NCBI GenBank assembly: GCA_951406725.2
Contig: OX597814.1
Location: forward strand, 31,744,001 to 31,808,000
Length of the DNA stretch: 64,000 bases
Direction of reading: 5' to 3'
Source of the DNA: Octopus vulgaris
Lineage: Eukaryota
Shown: in pieces, positions 26,068-40,249 of the stretch
Position numbering within the stretch: position 1 is the stretch's first letter
Layout: every line of letters begins with the position of its first letter
The notes under the pieces: model-generated
The model's input: only the letters and a program-made list of their open reading frames with translations
Told to the model about the DNA's origin: nothing
Database searches by the model: none
Position numbers and translations under genes: made by a program

Positions 26068-26355
26068 AGGGCCATGCTGGGGCACCGCCTTGAAGAATTT
26101 GCTTTTAAAGCTTGGTACTTATTGCATCAGTATCTTTTGCCGAACCGCGAAGTTATGGAGATGTAAATACACCAACAGAGGTTGTCAGCGGTTGAAGTGT
26201 ACAAACACAGACTCAAAGGCACACACACACACACACGCGCGCACTCATACACACGCGTACACATGCGCGCACATATATCATGTTTCTACGTGTTTCAGTC
26301 ATCTGACCGCGGACATGTTGGAGCACCGCCCTTTGTCGAGTAAATCGACCCAGGA
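26068..26355 (-). mobile_element. two partial SINE A 3' segments
   Basis: GGCCATGCTGGGGCACCGCC and TTTCAGTCATCTGACCGCGGACATGTTGGAGCACCGCC are reverse complements of the family A tail. Confidence 0.75.
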
Positions 26356-26360
26356 TATGC

Positions 26361-26410
<50 letters not shown>

Positions 26411-26419
26411 TACATGCAA

Positions 26420-27646
26420 ACTCAGTTACCTATCCTGATGGATTTCCAGCAATCCTTCTCAAGTCATGCAAACGAGTCCTTGCAAAACCATTGCAGCTAC
26501 TTTTTCAGCTACTTTCCCTCGCTAATGTTAAGCTCATGAACAAACTAAAGGAAGATATATGCTCTATCCATAAAGGAAGGAGCAGAGTAGATGCTAAAAA
26601 GAACAGGTCTATCTCTCTGATCTCACTTATCAGCAAAGTCATGGGACGTATTGTCTGAAGGAAATTAATTGCATTCCTTGAAGAGAATGACTTGTTGACT
26701 GACACCCAGCATCGTATTTCGACCAGGCAGAAGCTGCTGACTCAGATCTTGTAGCATTACGATTGGGAACTAAAGCATCTGTACAACAACTCAAATGTGG
26801 ACGTGATATAACTCGCCGTTACAAAATCCTTTGACAAAGCCGACCGTTGATAAGTCACACGCTCCGAACTCTTGGCATATTTGGAAAACTTGGAACATAG
26901 CTACATGGCTTTCTAAAAAATAGAAGGTAGTGTTGGTAAATGAGGGCACCTACAAGAAAACACAAATGATGAGTAGTGTTCCCCATGGCAATGTTCTGGG
27001 GCCACAAGCTATTCATAGTGGCCCTCTCTGACATGACCTCAACTTTTTAAATAGCTACCTGTGCTGGCTATACAGAATATACAAAAGTCTATCAGAGGAT
27101 TCAGAACCATGGAGCCGTTGGGCTTCTGCAATGACGCAATATGCAACAAAAGAAGCTCAATGAAAAGCAGATAGGATACACAGGCCCAGGAAGGATTCCA
27201 ATCCCTCAATCAAAATCAGTGCGTGAGTTGGGCATCGACATGAGTAATGATGCATCTTTTCAGTTGTACATTACTAAGTTGGCAATAAAATGAAGATGTC
27301 TGGCAGAGTTGGTCCTTCGAATCTTCTAAGCAAGAGAAAAGAAAACCATGATGGTTCTGTGGAGGACATTCATTCTCAGTAGTCTGGATTACTATTCCCA
27401 AATGTGGTCACCAGTGTAAAATTAACGACAGAACTCGAGGCGATCTAGTGAAACTAAATAAAGAAGACCGATATAATGTGACATATCAGCTACTGAGAGA
27501 GACTGAAAAATTTAAGACTCTACGTCCTGAAGCGAAGGCAGGAAAGATATGCAATAATATACATCTGGAAAAAGCGAGAAAAACTAGTTCCAAACTTTGT
27601 TATTGTCACTTACACAAACAACAGGACGGGACACCCACTGCATGGT

Positions 27647-27650
<4 letters not shown>
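26420..27650 (+). mobile_element. CR1-like LINE ORF2 reverse transcriptase, decayed
   Basis: IHKGRSRVDAKKNRSISLISLISKVM, QH.FRPGRSC, VDVI..TKSFDK, SSVPHGNVLGP, LWRTFILSSLDYYSQMWSP and ERYAIIYIWK, with many stops. Confidence 0.88.
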
Positions 27651-27714
<64 letters not shown>

Positions 27715-28132
27715 ACAATAGTGTGTATGTATTTTTTAAAATCTTCTAATACTGAAACACGTGTAGTTCCTTCATATTTAATTAATTTAGAGTTAACTAA
27801 AGAAGGAGATAATTAAGCAAGTATTGTATATACCCTGCTGGTATAATGATTATGTCATTTAAGTATATTTCGTGATGTGCAAATGGACACCATAAGTTTA
27901 CTTTCAGATATATTCATTAGGTTATATGTATAAATATAAACATACATATATTTATATTTATACATACATATATATATATATATATAATATATATACATAT
28001 ATATATATGCATATATACTTATGTACGACGGAATTCTTTTAGTTTTCGTCTATCAAATCCACTCGCAAAACTGTAGTCTATTTACATAATATCGAGGTCT
28101 CTTTCATTCTTTTGTTGTCTTACCATTTCTAT

Positions 28133-28168
<36 letters not shown>

Positions 28169-28757
28169 CACATTTACTTATAACAACTTAGAAGACACTT
28201 AGTGATGACCAGCCTGGGGCAATTATAGAAGACACTTGTCCACGAATGCAAGTGCTGGGACTGCACTCCATACCACATGGCTGCAAGGCGACATTCTTTC
28301 CCACATAGCACCCTTAAAGTATTTCTCTTCCAGAAGCATTCCAACCAGACTGTACTCTTTAATTACTTGTTAAATAAATCCGAAGGGCCTTTTGCAATTT
28401 CCGCCTACATATTTACACTCACAAGGACTGAAACTATTTGAAGTTATAGGTAAAGAGAATTTCACAAGAAGTTACTCAAGTATGACGAAACAAATCAAGA
28501 GATATATGTGCATAGTGAATTTCTTAAATATTCGGCCATATACACTCCAATACTTCATGAATTTATTTTCAGTTTCTTTCACAGTTTATTTGGGTTCCCC
28601 AGGTAGAATATCTTTTCTTATGCAATGCATTTTTATCTTAAGGAATTTATATTCATAACCACAAGACTTGTATTTATTATGCTTCTCTTTTGACTGCGTA
28701 ATAGAATTAGAAAGTTTTATGTTATATATTATGAAAAATGCCGATTCTGACAAAACG

Positions 28758-28851
<94 letters not shown>

Positions 28852-29100
28852 CAAAATATCTTGATACAGTTGCCAATGCAGCGACGAAAATGGTTTTCAG
28901 ATAGTTACATAAATAAATTATTGGAAATTGAACTGGTGAATGTGTTATATTAAGGTACTACGTCTCTCCCCAAATGCAACAAAGTTTTATTTCAATACAC
29001 GAATCTTGCAAACCAGATAGTAAACGAAATGTGTGTGTGTGTGTGTGTACGTGTGTGCATATAAATATATATGATGATTATGGTGATGATGATGAATACG

Positions 29101-29179
29101 TTACCGCTCAGCCATGAAACTCGATCTCACATTCCTGTGATTACGCGTCAAGTGCTTTACCATTATGCTAAACTGCCCA
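29101..29179 (-). pseudogene. tRNA-like sequence (tRNA pseudogene or SINE head)
   Basis: Minus strand GGGCAGTTTAGCATAATGGTAAAGCACTTGACGCGTAATCACAGGAATGTGAGATCGAGTTTCAT, with A-box-like and degenerate B-box elements. A related partial copy lies at 29409-29469. Confidence 0.5.
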
Positions 29180-29547
29180 GTAACGAATTCTTCTGCAATT
29201 TTAGAACATATAATTTTAGCTTCATAAGACGTTAACGTTGAATTCAACTTGCGATTAAAATAAACAAACACAGTTTGTTTTAGAAGCGTTAAGATGTATT
29301 GAAAGATACAGAAATAAATTTTAAAATGTATTTTTATTCTTAAAAGCGTGATAATGCTAATAATTTGCGTGATCAGGATAAATTATCCATATATTGCAGA
29401 AAAATACCTTACCGGCCTGCCATGAGACACGAACTTACATCCCTGAGAATACGCACCAAGATGTCTTTCAAATCTGGCGTTAACACTGAACTTTATTTTA
29501 AACACACTTTCTTATACCTACAGTGACCTTCCTCACGCCTTTGGGAT

Positions 29548-29931
29548 TGGAAGCACTCCGTCGGTTACGACGACGAGGGTTCCGGTTGATCCGATCAACG
29601 GAACAGCCTGCTCGTGAAATTAACGTGTAAGTGGCTGAGCACTCCACAGACACGTGCACCCCTAACGTAGTTCTCGGGGATATTCAGCGTGACATAGAGA
29701 GTGACAAGGCCGGCCCTTTCAAATACAGGTACAACAGAAACAGGAAGTAAGAGTGAGAGAAAGTTGTGGTGAAAGAGTACAGCAGGGATCTCCACCATCC
29801 CTGCCGGTGCCTCGTGGAGCTTTTAGGTGTTTTCGCTCAATAAACACTCACAACGCCCGGTCTGGGAATCGAAACCGCGATCCTACGACCGCGAGTCCGC
29901 TGCCCTAACCACTGGGCCATTGCGCCTCCAC
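29548..29931 (-). mobile_element. SINE family C, full length
   Basis: Highly similar to 16342-16726; degenerate TSD CCTCACGCCTTT / CCTCGCACCTTT. Confidence 0.93.
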
Positions 29932-29944
29932 CCTCGCACCTTTA

Positions 29945-30260
29945 ATGCATTAAGCACTCACAGAGTGCTACTTGCTCGTCTGCAGAGTTAAATTCCTCTG
30001 CTTGCAGATGTGTGAGTGGTCGCACTCGTTGGTCTCCCACTGCTTCGTATGTATTCAACGCTGTTTTCATATATATATACACGTTTCATATATCTTTTCA
30101 TATGACCCTCATAAATGATGTCATCTCTATAAACAACCTGCAACCTTCTGGCTATGTCGGACATCCTGCACACATTCTTTATTATCAAAGAACTCAATGG
30201 CGGCTCATTTCCACCTTTCTTCCATTTGGCACACATTATTTGCCTACATTGAAAAACAGA
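29945..30260 (-). mobile_element. mariner N-terminal HTH remnant
   Basis: DIARRLQVVYRDD...ENSVE...SGRPTSAT. Confidence 0.6.
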
Positions 30261-30424
30261 AACAAGACTTTTTCCAGCAGAATAATTGCTTTACAACGTG
30301 AGCAATTTCAAGGACATATGGCAGTTAATAAAATGGTTATACCTGTTTTTTTTCATCACTTTAATTACAATCCTCGCGTGTGAACATGTTTCTAAGTGGG
30401 TATACGTATATGTATGCATGCATA

Positions 30425-31322
<898 letters not shown>

Positions 31323-31827
31323 TCATGTATATATATTTACATATATGTATGCGTGTGTATGTGTGTGTGTATTTACATTTATATGTGATTGTATGTAAGT
31401 GTATAAGAAGATAGGAAGAAGAAATCATTGTATTATTTTACTAGTCGCATGTAATTTAGTGTAAACTTGAAATACCAATTATAATAGGAAGTAGCACAAT
31501 GCACTTTGGTATACAATGGAAATTCAAAAGTACAACATGTAAGTTAGAAAGTTTTATTAATGTAATCTATACCGCAGACATATTTGATCATTAAATATCA
31601 TCGGATAGCATACAAAATTATCGTTAATATCTTTTGCACAATGTAGTGAAGTAACTATTGAATACGCCCCATTAATTTGCGCAACCAGTGCAAAAAAAAA
31701 TAAAGCAAAGTGAGTTTCACAGATGTTTCAGATATGGAAGGAAATGAATCTAAATAAATATATCGATAAATTTAGTCCTTTTTCTCCTTCGGAGGTATAA
31801 ATAATTACGCATACACTATCTTATATA

Positions 31828-31947
<120 letters not shown>

Positions 31948-32238
31948 CACACATATAAAACTTTTGCGTAATAAGATAAAAAAAAACCTAGGCTGACGAT
32001 GAAGGGATAAGACCTTCTATCTATAAATGCTCTAATATCTATACAGCCTTGGTTGTTTATCTTGTTACGCAAAAAATCCTTACATATACACGCTTGCATA
32101 GAACCAACGTTGAACTCTTTATTCGCAATATTACCGAATCTGGAACTAAACTATTGTCTGTCTATAGCACCTATTCAGCATTACCTGACAACTTTGGGTA
32201 TCAATGGCACCATTATCTCTTATAACCTCAGCTTCTCG

Positions 32239-32279
<41 letters not shown>

Positions 32280-32280
<1 letters not shown>

Positions 32281-32495
32281 GAGGGAGTGCTGAAATGTTC
32301 TTTGCTTTAAGATTATAACGAAAAGCCTGATTGGTGGCCCAACATTTCGAGTTTTTTCACAAGGCCTTGAAAAACTCGAAAACTGCTGCAATAAGTTTGT
32401 GAATCTGAGAGGGGAATATGTTGAATAAAATTATGATTAACTAATGCTTCTGTGTTTTCTTTTGCCCAAAGCGAGAAAGTTTTCAGCCCCACTCG
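32280..32495 (+). mobile_element. mariner deletion derivative / MITE
   Basis: TA|CGAGGGAGTGCTGAAA...TTTCAGCCCCACTCG|TA. Interior encodes CNKFVNLRGEYVE*, a mariner C-terminus. Confidence 0.82.
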
Positions 32496-35060
32496 TATAA
32501 TCTTGTAAATGATTTGCAATACAATAGTGTGAACGGACGCTGAGACATATGTCCAAATTGTGGGAAAAATTTCTTATTGTATTCTATTTCTAACATAGCA
32601 TTTCAACAAACATAAAAATAAAGAAAGTGGCATTTAGAGAATGTTCATCCAACTTTCAAGTGATATGCAGAAAAATTAATATATACAGGAAAATACTTTA
32701 TATGGAGTTTTCTTGAATATAGTATATATGCTCGAATCGCACCAGAACGAAACAGCAATTTGGATATATATCTTGACTGGTTGATACTGAAAATTCAAAA
32801 TCGTTATGTTGCGAAATTCAGCTTTTAGATTCTAGCCAGTAACGTTTACTATTCAATTATTTGAACATTTTCGATCTATATTGAATATTACATAATTCTA
32901 AAAACTCGCGTAATAATTATGATGCTATAAATTTTAGTTATAAGAAACAGTCATACAAAACAATTGCATAGGAAAACGTGTAACGAACCTTGACTATAAT
33001 CTTTTGTTATTCTTCATAAACATAACTTCTTCTACACTAACTGAATTTATATTATGGTTTCCATAAGCTTTCGATTGAACGGATGTGGGTTTCGCTCAGT
33101 ATTCAAGGAATAACAAACACGAGGTCGATGAGGTTATTTAATTGGGTAAAATACTTCCGAATGCTGACTAACGACGTGTATTTTTCTGCCCGTCAAATGA
33201 GTTTGAGTGGAAGATTTTTTTAAAAAAGTGTTTAGATTAAACAGGATACCATGGGAGTTTGCAATTCAGGATAGAGATGTATAATGTATTATCCATCGGA
33301 CTTTGCACACCCTGGACCAATATCTGCGACAAATGAGTTTTAAACTGATTTTGTTGTTGATCTAAATGTTTATTGGAGTATTTTATACAATGATGAAAAC
33401 AAGCGATGATTTAATGTCAGATGTTACATTACAGCTAAGCACATATAAATACTTATAGAATACGATTAAAGATCGACAAAATTTCTTCCCCCACAATAAC
33501 TTTAGAATTTTCTTAGCAATACTATTACAGAGATATCTCGGACCTCTCCTGTTAATGAAACATTTATCTATTACATCAAATTTATTACTAGGGAACTCTG
33601 TCTTCAGAAGAAAAACATATTTACAACAAGCTGAAATAATAAAAATCCAACCCTGACGTAATTCAGTCCTGCCATTCAAACAACTACAGTAAGTTATCCA
33701 GTCCTGCCAAAGTCTTCCCATACCTGATCCCAAAAGCTTTTTTTCCAGATGCCATAAATGTTCGAAACGATTTATGTGTATATAATTAACCAGCGACCAA
33801 CTCAGTCGGACGAGTTTTCTTTAAACACTATAAACGCAAACGTATAGGCAAACACACATAAACACACACATCTTCACATAGTTGCTCACACATGAGCGGA
33901 CACGGAAACACACGCACTTGCACACGCACAGACAAACGCACATGTATATTTATGGAAATAACGCTTTTAAGAACTTAGCTTGAATCAATCTCATTAAGTC
34001 TAAGCAAAATATAACTAACTGAAAGTGTTCATTGTCTAATTAACATAAGTGTAAATTATTTGAGACTACATCACACGCTTAAAATAAAGATAAGAAATCT
34101 GATATATCGAATTAATAAGAAATATTTCACGAAGGCCATATTCCCAGTGACCAGTAGAGAAATATAAATCGATCACATGGGCTTAGATATATAACCAACG
34201 GGAAACAAGAACTTACTGAGGTAAGATTTGTACCTAACTGTTAATACTTAGAAACGCTGTCTACATAGAATAAAATTCTTGCAAGAGATCTCCAAAGGAT
34301 TAAATTATAAAAAAAAAACATATAACCCTGTCTTTTGTGTGTTTATTTGCAGTGCGTTTAATCATCAAACAGTAGTGGTCACGGATTTTGGCGGGCATGG
34401 ACGAATTAATATCATCATAAAAATACTTAAAACATTTTTATTTGAAGACAAATTTTTAATCAGCTGAAGATGCATTGCTTTAGCAATACATATTCAGTCG
34501 ATAACCGCTAAGTTTCTGTAGATAATATTTTCCTTTCATGACGTAAGAAAAGAACGTCATGCTAATATGATTAGGAAGAGATTATGCAAATATACCTTGA
34601 TGTTTGGGAAACTTAATTTTTCTATCTGTCTATTGAGTATCTCGAAGTAGAGAGAATGCTTACAAATGCTAATGCTTATGAATACTGCCTCCATTCATGA
34701 AGATGTATATCTCATGTCATATCTGATTGATAATTTTGTTTTGCATATAATCCTTGATGATACGTAATATTTTTTTTTTTATTAATTCCATGATTTAAGT
34801 ATCTTTTAAAAGTTGGATGAATTCTAAGTATTTTTATCACGGATGTGAATAGCTCCTTAATAAATGAACAATTTTAGCAGTATAACACATCAAATCATTC
34901 GTTACTACATCTGTACTGGGTGAATTATTTTAAAATGATTAACGGCATTTATGATTTGGGTAATATAGCCATCATACTTCATGTTGGTAAAAGTATGTTA
35001 AACTCGAGTTAGAGTATTTTTCAAGAAACAAAAAAAATATTTAATAAACCAACAACAAAT

Positions 35061-35118
<58 letters not shown>

Positions 35119-35122
35119 GTAC

Positions 35123-35230
<108 letters not shown>

Positions 35231-35279
35231 GAGAGGGGAGTGACATTTACATGTATATATAAATGTGTGTATATATGTA

Positions 35280-35329
<50 letters not shown>

Positions 35330-35542
35330 AATTGAGATAGGGGTTGTAAATGCAACCCTCCATGGGATAACATATATCCAATATACTGCTAGTGAAGTAC
35401 CCAACAAAGTTAATACATAAATGTTGGTGGTTTAATAAAGTATGTGATTGAGTATTATCTGGTAATTGATATTTGATTTAGATGTATTTATCCATTTTCT
35501 TATCTTGTATATATATATATATATATATATAGGCGCAGGAGT

Positions 35543-35591
<49 letters not shown>

Positions 35592-35985
35592 GGCACAGGA
35601 GTGGCTGTGTGCTAAGTAGCTTGCTTGCCAACCATATGTTCCGCGTTCAGTCCCACTGCGTGGCACCTTGGTCAAGTGCTTTCTACTATAGCCTCAGGCC
35701 GACCAAAGATTTTGAGTGGATTTGGTAGATGGAAACTGAAAGAAGCCCGTCGTATATGTGTATGTATATATATATATATGTGTATGTGAGTGTGTGTGTG
35801 TGTCTGTGTTTGTTCCCCCAACTTCGCTTGACAACCGATGTTGGTGTGACGTCCCCGTAACTTAGCAATTCGGAAAAAAGATCGATAGAATAAGTACTAT
35901 GCTTACAAAGAATAATTCCTGGGGTCGATTTCCTTGACTAAAGGCGGTGCTCCAACAAATGACTGAAACAAGTAAAAGAGAGAAT
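35592..35985 (+). mobile_element. SINE family A
   Basis: Full head to tail with a small deletion in the tail; preceded by a 12-bp head stub at 35531. Confidence 0.9.
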
Positions 35986-36051
35986 ATACATACATACATA
36001 CATACATACATACATACATACATACATACATACATACATACATACATACAT

Positions 36052-36418
36052 AGGCGCAGGAGTGGCTAGATGATAAGAAGCTTGCTTCCCATCCACATGG
36101 CTTCAGTCTCACTGTGTGGAACCTATATAGCCTCGGACCGACTGAAGCGTTGTGAGTGGATTTGGTAAAAGGAAATTGAAGGACGCCTTCGTATATATAT
36201 GCATGTATGCATATCTATGTGTGTGTCTTTGTAACTGTGCTAGTCGCCACCACAGTCACTTGACATCCGATGTTGGTGTGTTTACGTCTCCGTAACTTGG
36301 CGGTCCAGCAAAAATGACTTATAGAATAAGTACCAGGGGTCGTTGGAAAGGCGGTGTTCCAGCATGGCTGCAGTCAAATGACTAAAACAAGAAAAAGAAT
36401 ACAAGAATAAATAAAAGA

Positions 36419-36420
<2 letters not shown>
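36052..36420 (+). mobile_element. SINE family A, diverged
   Basis: Head GGCGCAGGAGTGGCT and tail GGCGGTGTTCCAGCATGGCTGCAGTCAAATGACTAAAACAAG. Confidence 0.85.
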
Positions 36421-36459
<39 letters not shown>

Positions 36460-36464
<5 letters not shown>

Positions 36465-36977
36465 GGTATTAAAGGTATTGAAGGTATTAAAGACTGAAGG
36501 TATTAAACCTCTTCTCCCTGGAGCGGAGGCGGGAGAGATATGCAGTGATATACATCTGGAAAATCCTGGAGGGTCTTGTCCCAAACTTTGGCATTCAAAG
36601 TTACTCCAACCGCAGAACAGGGCGCCGCTGCGTGGTGCCAAGGATTCCAACATCACCATCAAAATACAGGTCCAGATACTGCAACAGCTTGGGTTTCAGA
36701 GGACCACAGCTCTTTAACATCCTCCCTAAATGCCTGAGAGACTTACATGGTGTGGATGTGGGTTTCTTTAAAACTAAACTGGATCTCTTCTTGTTGAACC
36801 TACCTCACGACAGGAGACACGGATGCGGGCAGCAGCATCGAACTCCCTTGTTGATCAAGTGCCACGTATCAGAGGTGGATTCACAAACTAGTGTAGCTCA
36901 TTCAGCGGTGGTGCCCCAGCATGGCCGCGGCCTTCGGGCTAAAACATTTTTAAGGATTTAAGGATTTAAGGATTTAA

Positions 36978-36981
<4 letters not shown>
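36460..36981 (+). mobile_element. 5'-truncated CR1-like LINE 3' end with (TTTAAGGA)n tail
   Basis: SLERRRERYAVIYIWKILEGLVPNFG...GPQLFNILPKCLRDL...FKTKLDLFL...AAASNSL, a short 3' UTR and an 8-bp tandem tail. Confidence 0.9.
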
Positions 36982-37020
<39 letters not shown>

Positions 37021-38967
37021 TATATATATATATATATTCACACACATGTATGTATGCGTGACTTTGTGAGTGTTTATGTATCTAGATATGAATCTGAAAC
37101 GTGACTACGTGACTACATAATTTTTGGGGGGATTGCTGTTTTAATCCTTATCTTTAAAGTCTATGAATTGGGATTTGTTCTTTAGTTTCGCTCAAACAAA
37201 TTTACAAAATTTTGCTTTGAAATATATCGGTGTTATTGTCAGCACTGACATTTACCAATCTATCTCTCTCGTGAAATCATCACAGTTACACACAGTGCTT
37301 CACTATTATTTTCGGAGACTACGTGTGCTCTAGGTTATAGTCCATGAAACGCATTGGTAATATAGATGTCAATTGTTTCATTACTTATTCAATCTTATGT
37401 CTGTTCTTTTATTTTTCATATTTCTATTTTCGGATACGTTCCTAACGGTGAAGTTTTAATTCATCTATCTTTCGTCTGTAAATGTAAATTCTTCAATGAT
37501 GATAGCTTCTATTCAATTGAGTCATTTCATTCTCTATTATCTTCGTCTTTGGCTTTGTCTTTGTCATTTTCATTCTATGCTGAACTAAAATGTAACAATA
37601 TTGGCCTGTGGATGCAGTCCCATATAAGTTGTGTTGTTGCTATGCTGCTACTGCAGTTGATGTTACAGTGGTTATTGTTTTTTTGTATGTGTGTTTCCTA
37701 TTATAATTTCTATCATACGGCCCACTCTACTTTCATTATATTTTCAATATTTTGCGCGATGTAAAAGATAAACGGAATTGTATGTGTGATAATTAAACCT
37801 AGTTTTACCTTTGGGTTAGACCTTTAGCATTGATTACATTACATTTCAGTATCCTTTCAAAAACTGAGAGATAAATATCTTTTGACATACATATAAATGT
37901 AATAGCATAATATACATAATAGTTCGCAGAAAGTTTCAGGTTGCCGGCGAGAATTCCAGCAAGTATTCGTTCTTTTGTCTTTTATATCAAGATTGTTGTT
38001 TTTTCTTCTTTCTTCTACTTTAGGCTACTTTTCACATCTATCTAAACCGCTATTAATACAGTGAAAATAAAGAGAGATAAAGAGAGAATCGATACAAAGA
38101 AGAAAGCATACAATGAGAATGAGAATGCGAGTTTCAAAAGACGCAAGAATTAGACGTGTAAGGACTTAACAGAGATTCGAAAACGAAATGACGTCAGGAA
38201 AAACATTCTGCCTGTCTTCCTTCTCTATATCTATATTGCTTTTTCTGTCACACCTCCATCACTTTCAACCTCACAGCCCCGCTTTATATGTAACTGTATG
38301 TCGATATGTGTATTTTCGAGTATCTAAATGTGTGTATGTGCATGTCTATCTGTACGTTTGCAATCGCGTATATTTATGTACTCTCGAAATAAGGTATGAA
38401 TTTAATTCTAAGGTACAGCTAGTATGGCCATTTGCATACTTTAACAACACGTATAGACCCACATGTGCACAGACACAACTACTCAAATATCCATACATAC
38501 ACACACTATTTACGCGTGCACACTTATATAGATATTGGCATATATACACATATATGCACACATTTACATATACCTATAAAATATACGTATGTGTATTTAT
38601 GTGTTGACTGTTTATTTAAAATTTGAAGATATCTCATAAATAAAAGTGTTATTGTACTTGACATTTCTGATTCCATATCCGGTAAAAGAAGAACAAATAT
38701 TATCAGCTTATAATGTGCGCATGCATCTACTAATATAAAAGATAATCGGAAAAGTGCATCATTAAAGGCATGCCTATATGTTTATATTGTGATATTTTGT
38801 GATATACATACATATATACATGTACATGCATACATGCATAAATATACGTGCGAATATATATATGTGTGTGTGTGTGTGTATCTGTGTGTATGTGCTTATG
38901 TGTCTGTATGCGTAGGAATAACGCATGAAAACTTATATATGTATGTACGTATCTATCTATCTATCTA

Positions 38968-39014
<47 letters not shown>

Positions 39015-39149
39015 GTATCTATCTGTCCGAGTATATCTATATAAACTTTAAAACGATATCACTTAACTTATATGAGTAGTTGAGAGATAGAGGTTGTGGT
39101 TTTCATCCAGGAAAATCCCTGTATACATCTATTGTGTTAAAAGAATAAA

Positions 39150-39520
39150 ATATGAATTGGAGCTCGAAGGAACGAAATCCTCTAAGAAGTTGTTGCGAGA
39201 GTGACAGATACGTATTTCGCTATGTTTGCGGTCTATCAAAATCACGTACTCATGATATTTTAGAAACGAGATTGAATCAGCTTGACTGAAGTATACAGTG
39301 TTAGTGTATAAAAAATAGACTGGTTATCACAGATTCCGTATAAGCAGAGCAAACTTCCAGCTACACAATAGAAGCAGTTGATTCGATATCGATTCGGATA
39401 TGGTACGAGTACGTGAGATTAAGAAGCCGTCATACGGGAAAATACATATCTGTCGCTCATTTGGTGCTATTTCGATTCTAAAGTGTACTGCATTTCTTAA
39501 CGCTATTCGAGATGCACGTC
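39150..39520 (+). mobile_element. very old mariner remnant
   Basis: ESDRYV...GLSKSRTHDILETRL and KPSYGKIHI...ISILKCTAFL resemble the mariner second HTH and catalytic region. Confidence 0.4.
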
Positions 39521-40050
39521 GACACACCGGTGTACTAGAAAACCTTGCGCCAAAAAGCCGCGTATGTTATGAACATACTAGCGTCGTAACAGAGCTTTTC
39601 TATGACAATTACAAGAGTGACTAGCATATTTGCATTTCAACCTGCCAGAATGTATTAAGAATAAACATGCCAAATAATTGTTTCTCAGAAGAAATATATT
39701 TTCTTGGTGAGAGAAAATATTTGACGTTATCTAACTTCATTCTATTAGTATATTCCAGTTGTTTCTCCTTAGATCGCTTTTTATAAATATGGACATTATT
39801 ATGTCCAAAATTCATTATAAAAATCTCTCCCCAGTGAGCAAAGCATATTTCCGAAGACTACACCTCATTAATTAGGTAAAATATGTCCAAAATAACTTTT
39901 TAGATATTATCTTCTTAGCTAACAATGATGAATGTTCCCTTAAGAAAATTTTATGGACTTGAAATGTTCACCCATTTTCTAGAGAGTTGCTAAACTGTTT
40001 CCTCTAGCATTTTAATTCCTTACTCCGATGAGCAAGTAAATTTCAGTTCA

Positions 40051-40249
40051 TACGGATTTTTGTCAGTGAACAGATCGCGGTCTTATAGCGACGAAAATAT
40101 TTTGACAAATTAAACTTAAATGTTGAAGTGAATCGAACGGCTTTTGTGTGTTTCTTAAATGGCTTACAAACACCTTCCACGCGGCAATTGTTCTCGTTCC
40201 AGCACACGATCTCAGATCAAATCACTTGGTATGCAAGTACATCTCCGTA
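40051..40249 (+). mobile_element. ~198-bp non-autonomous element with a hammerhead motif (copy 2)
   Basis: Matches 9248-9445 in reverse; termini TACGGA...TCCGTA. Confidence 0.85.
40059..40109 (+). ncRNA. minimal type I hammerhead ribozyme candidate with G3:C8 core variant
   Basis: TTTGTCA-GTGAACA-GATCGC-GGTCTTATA-GCGAC-GAAA-ATA-TTT|TGACAAA. Perfect 7-bp stem I, stem II, palindromic stem III (AAAATATTTT), predicted cleavage after 40102. Confidence 0.7.

Noticed and set aside
33300-33735. Possible ancient hAT transposase C-terminus (similar hints at 1800-2150 and 6900-7100)
   Set aside because: Similarity is too weak and fragmented to support without a profile search.
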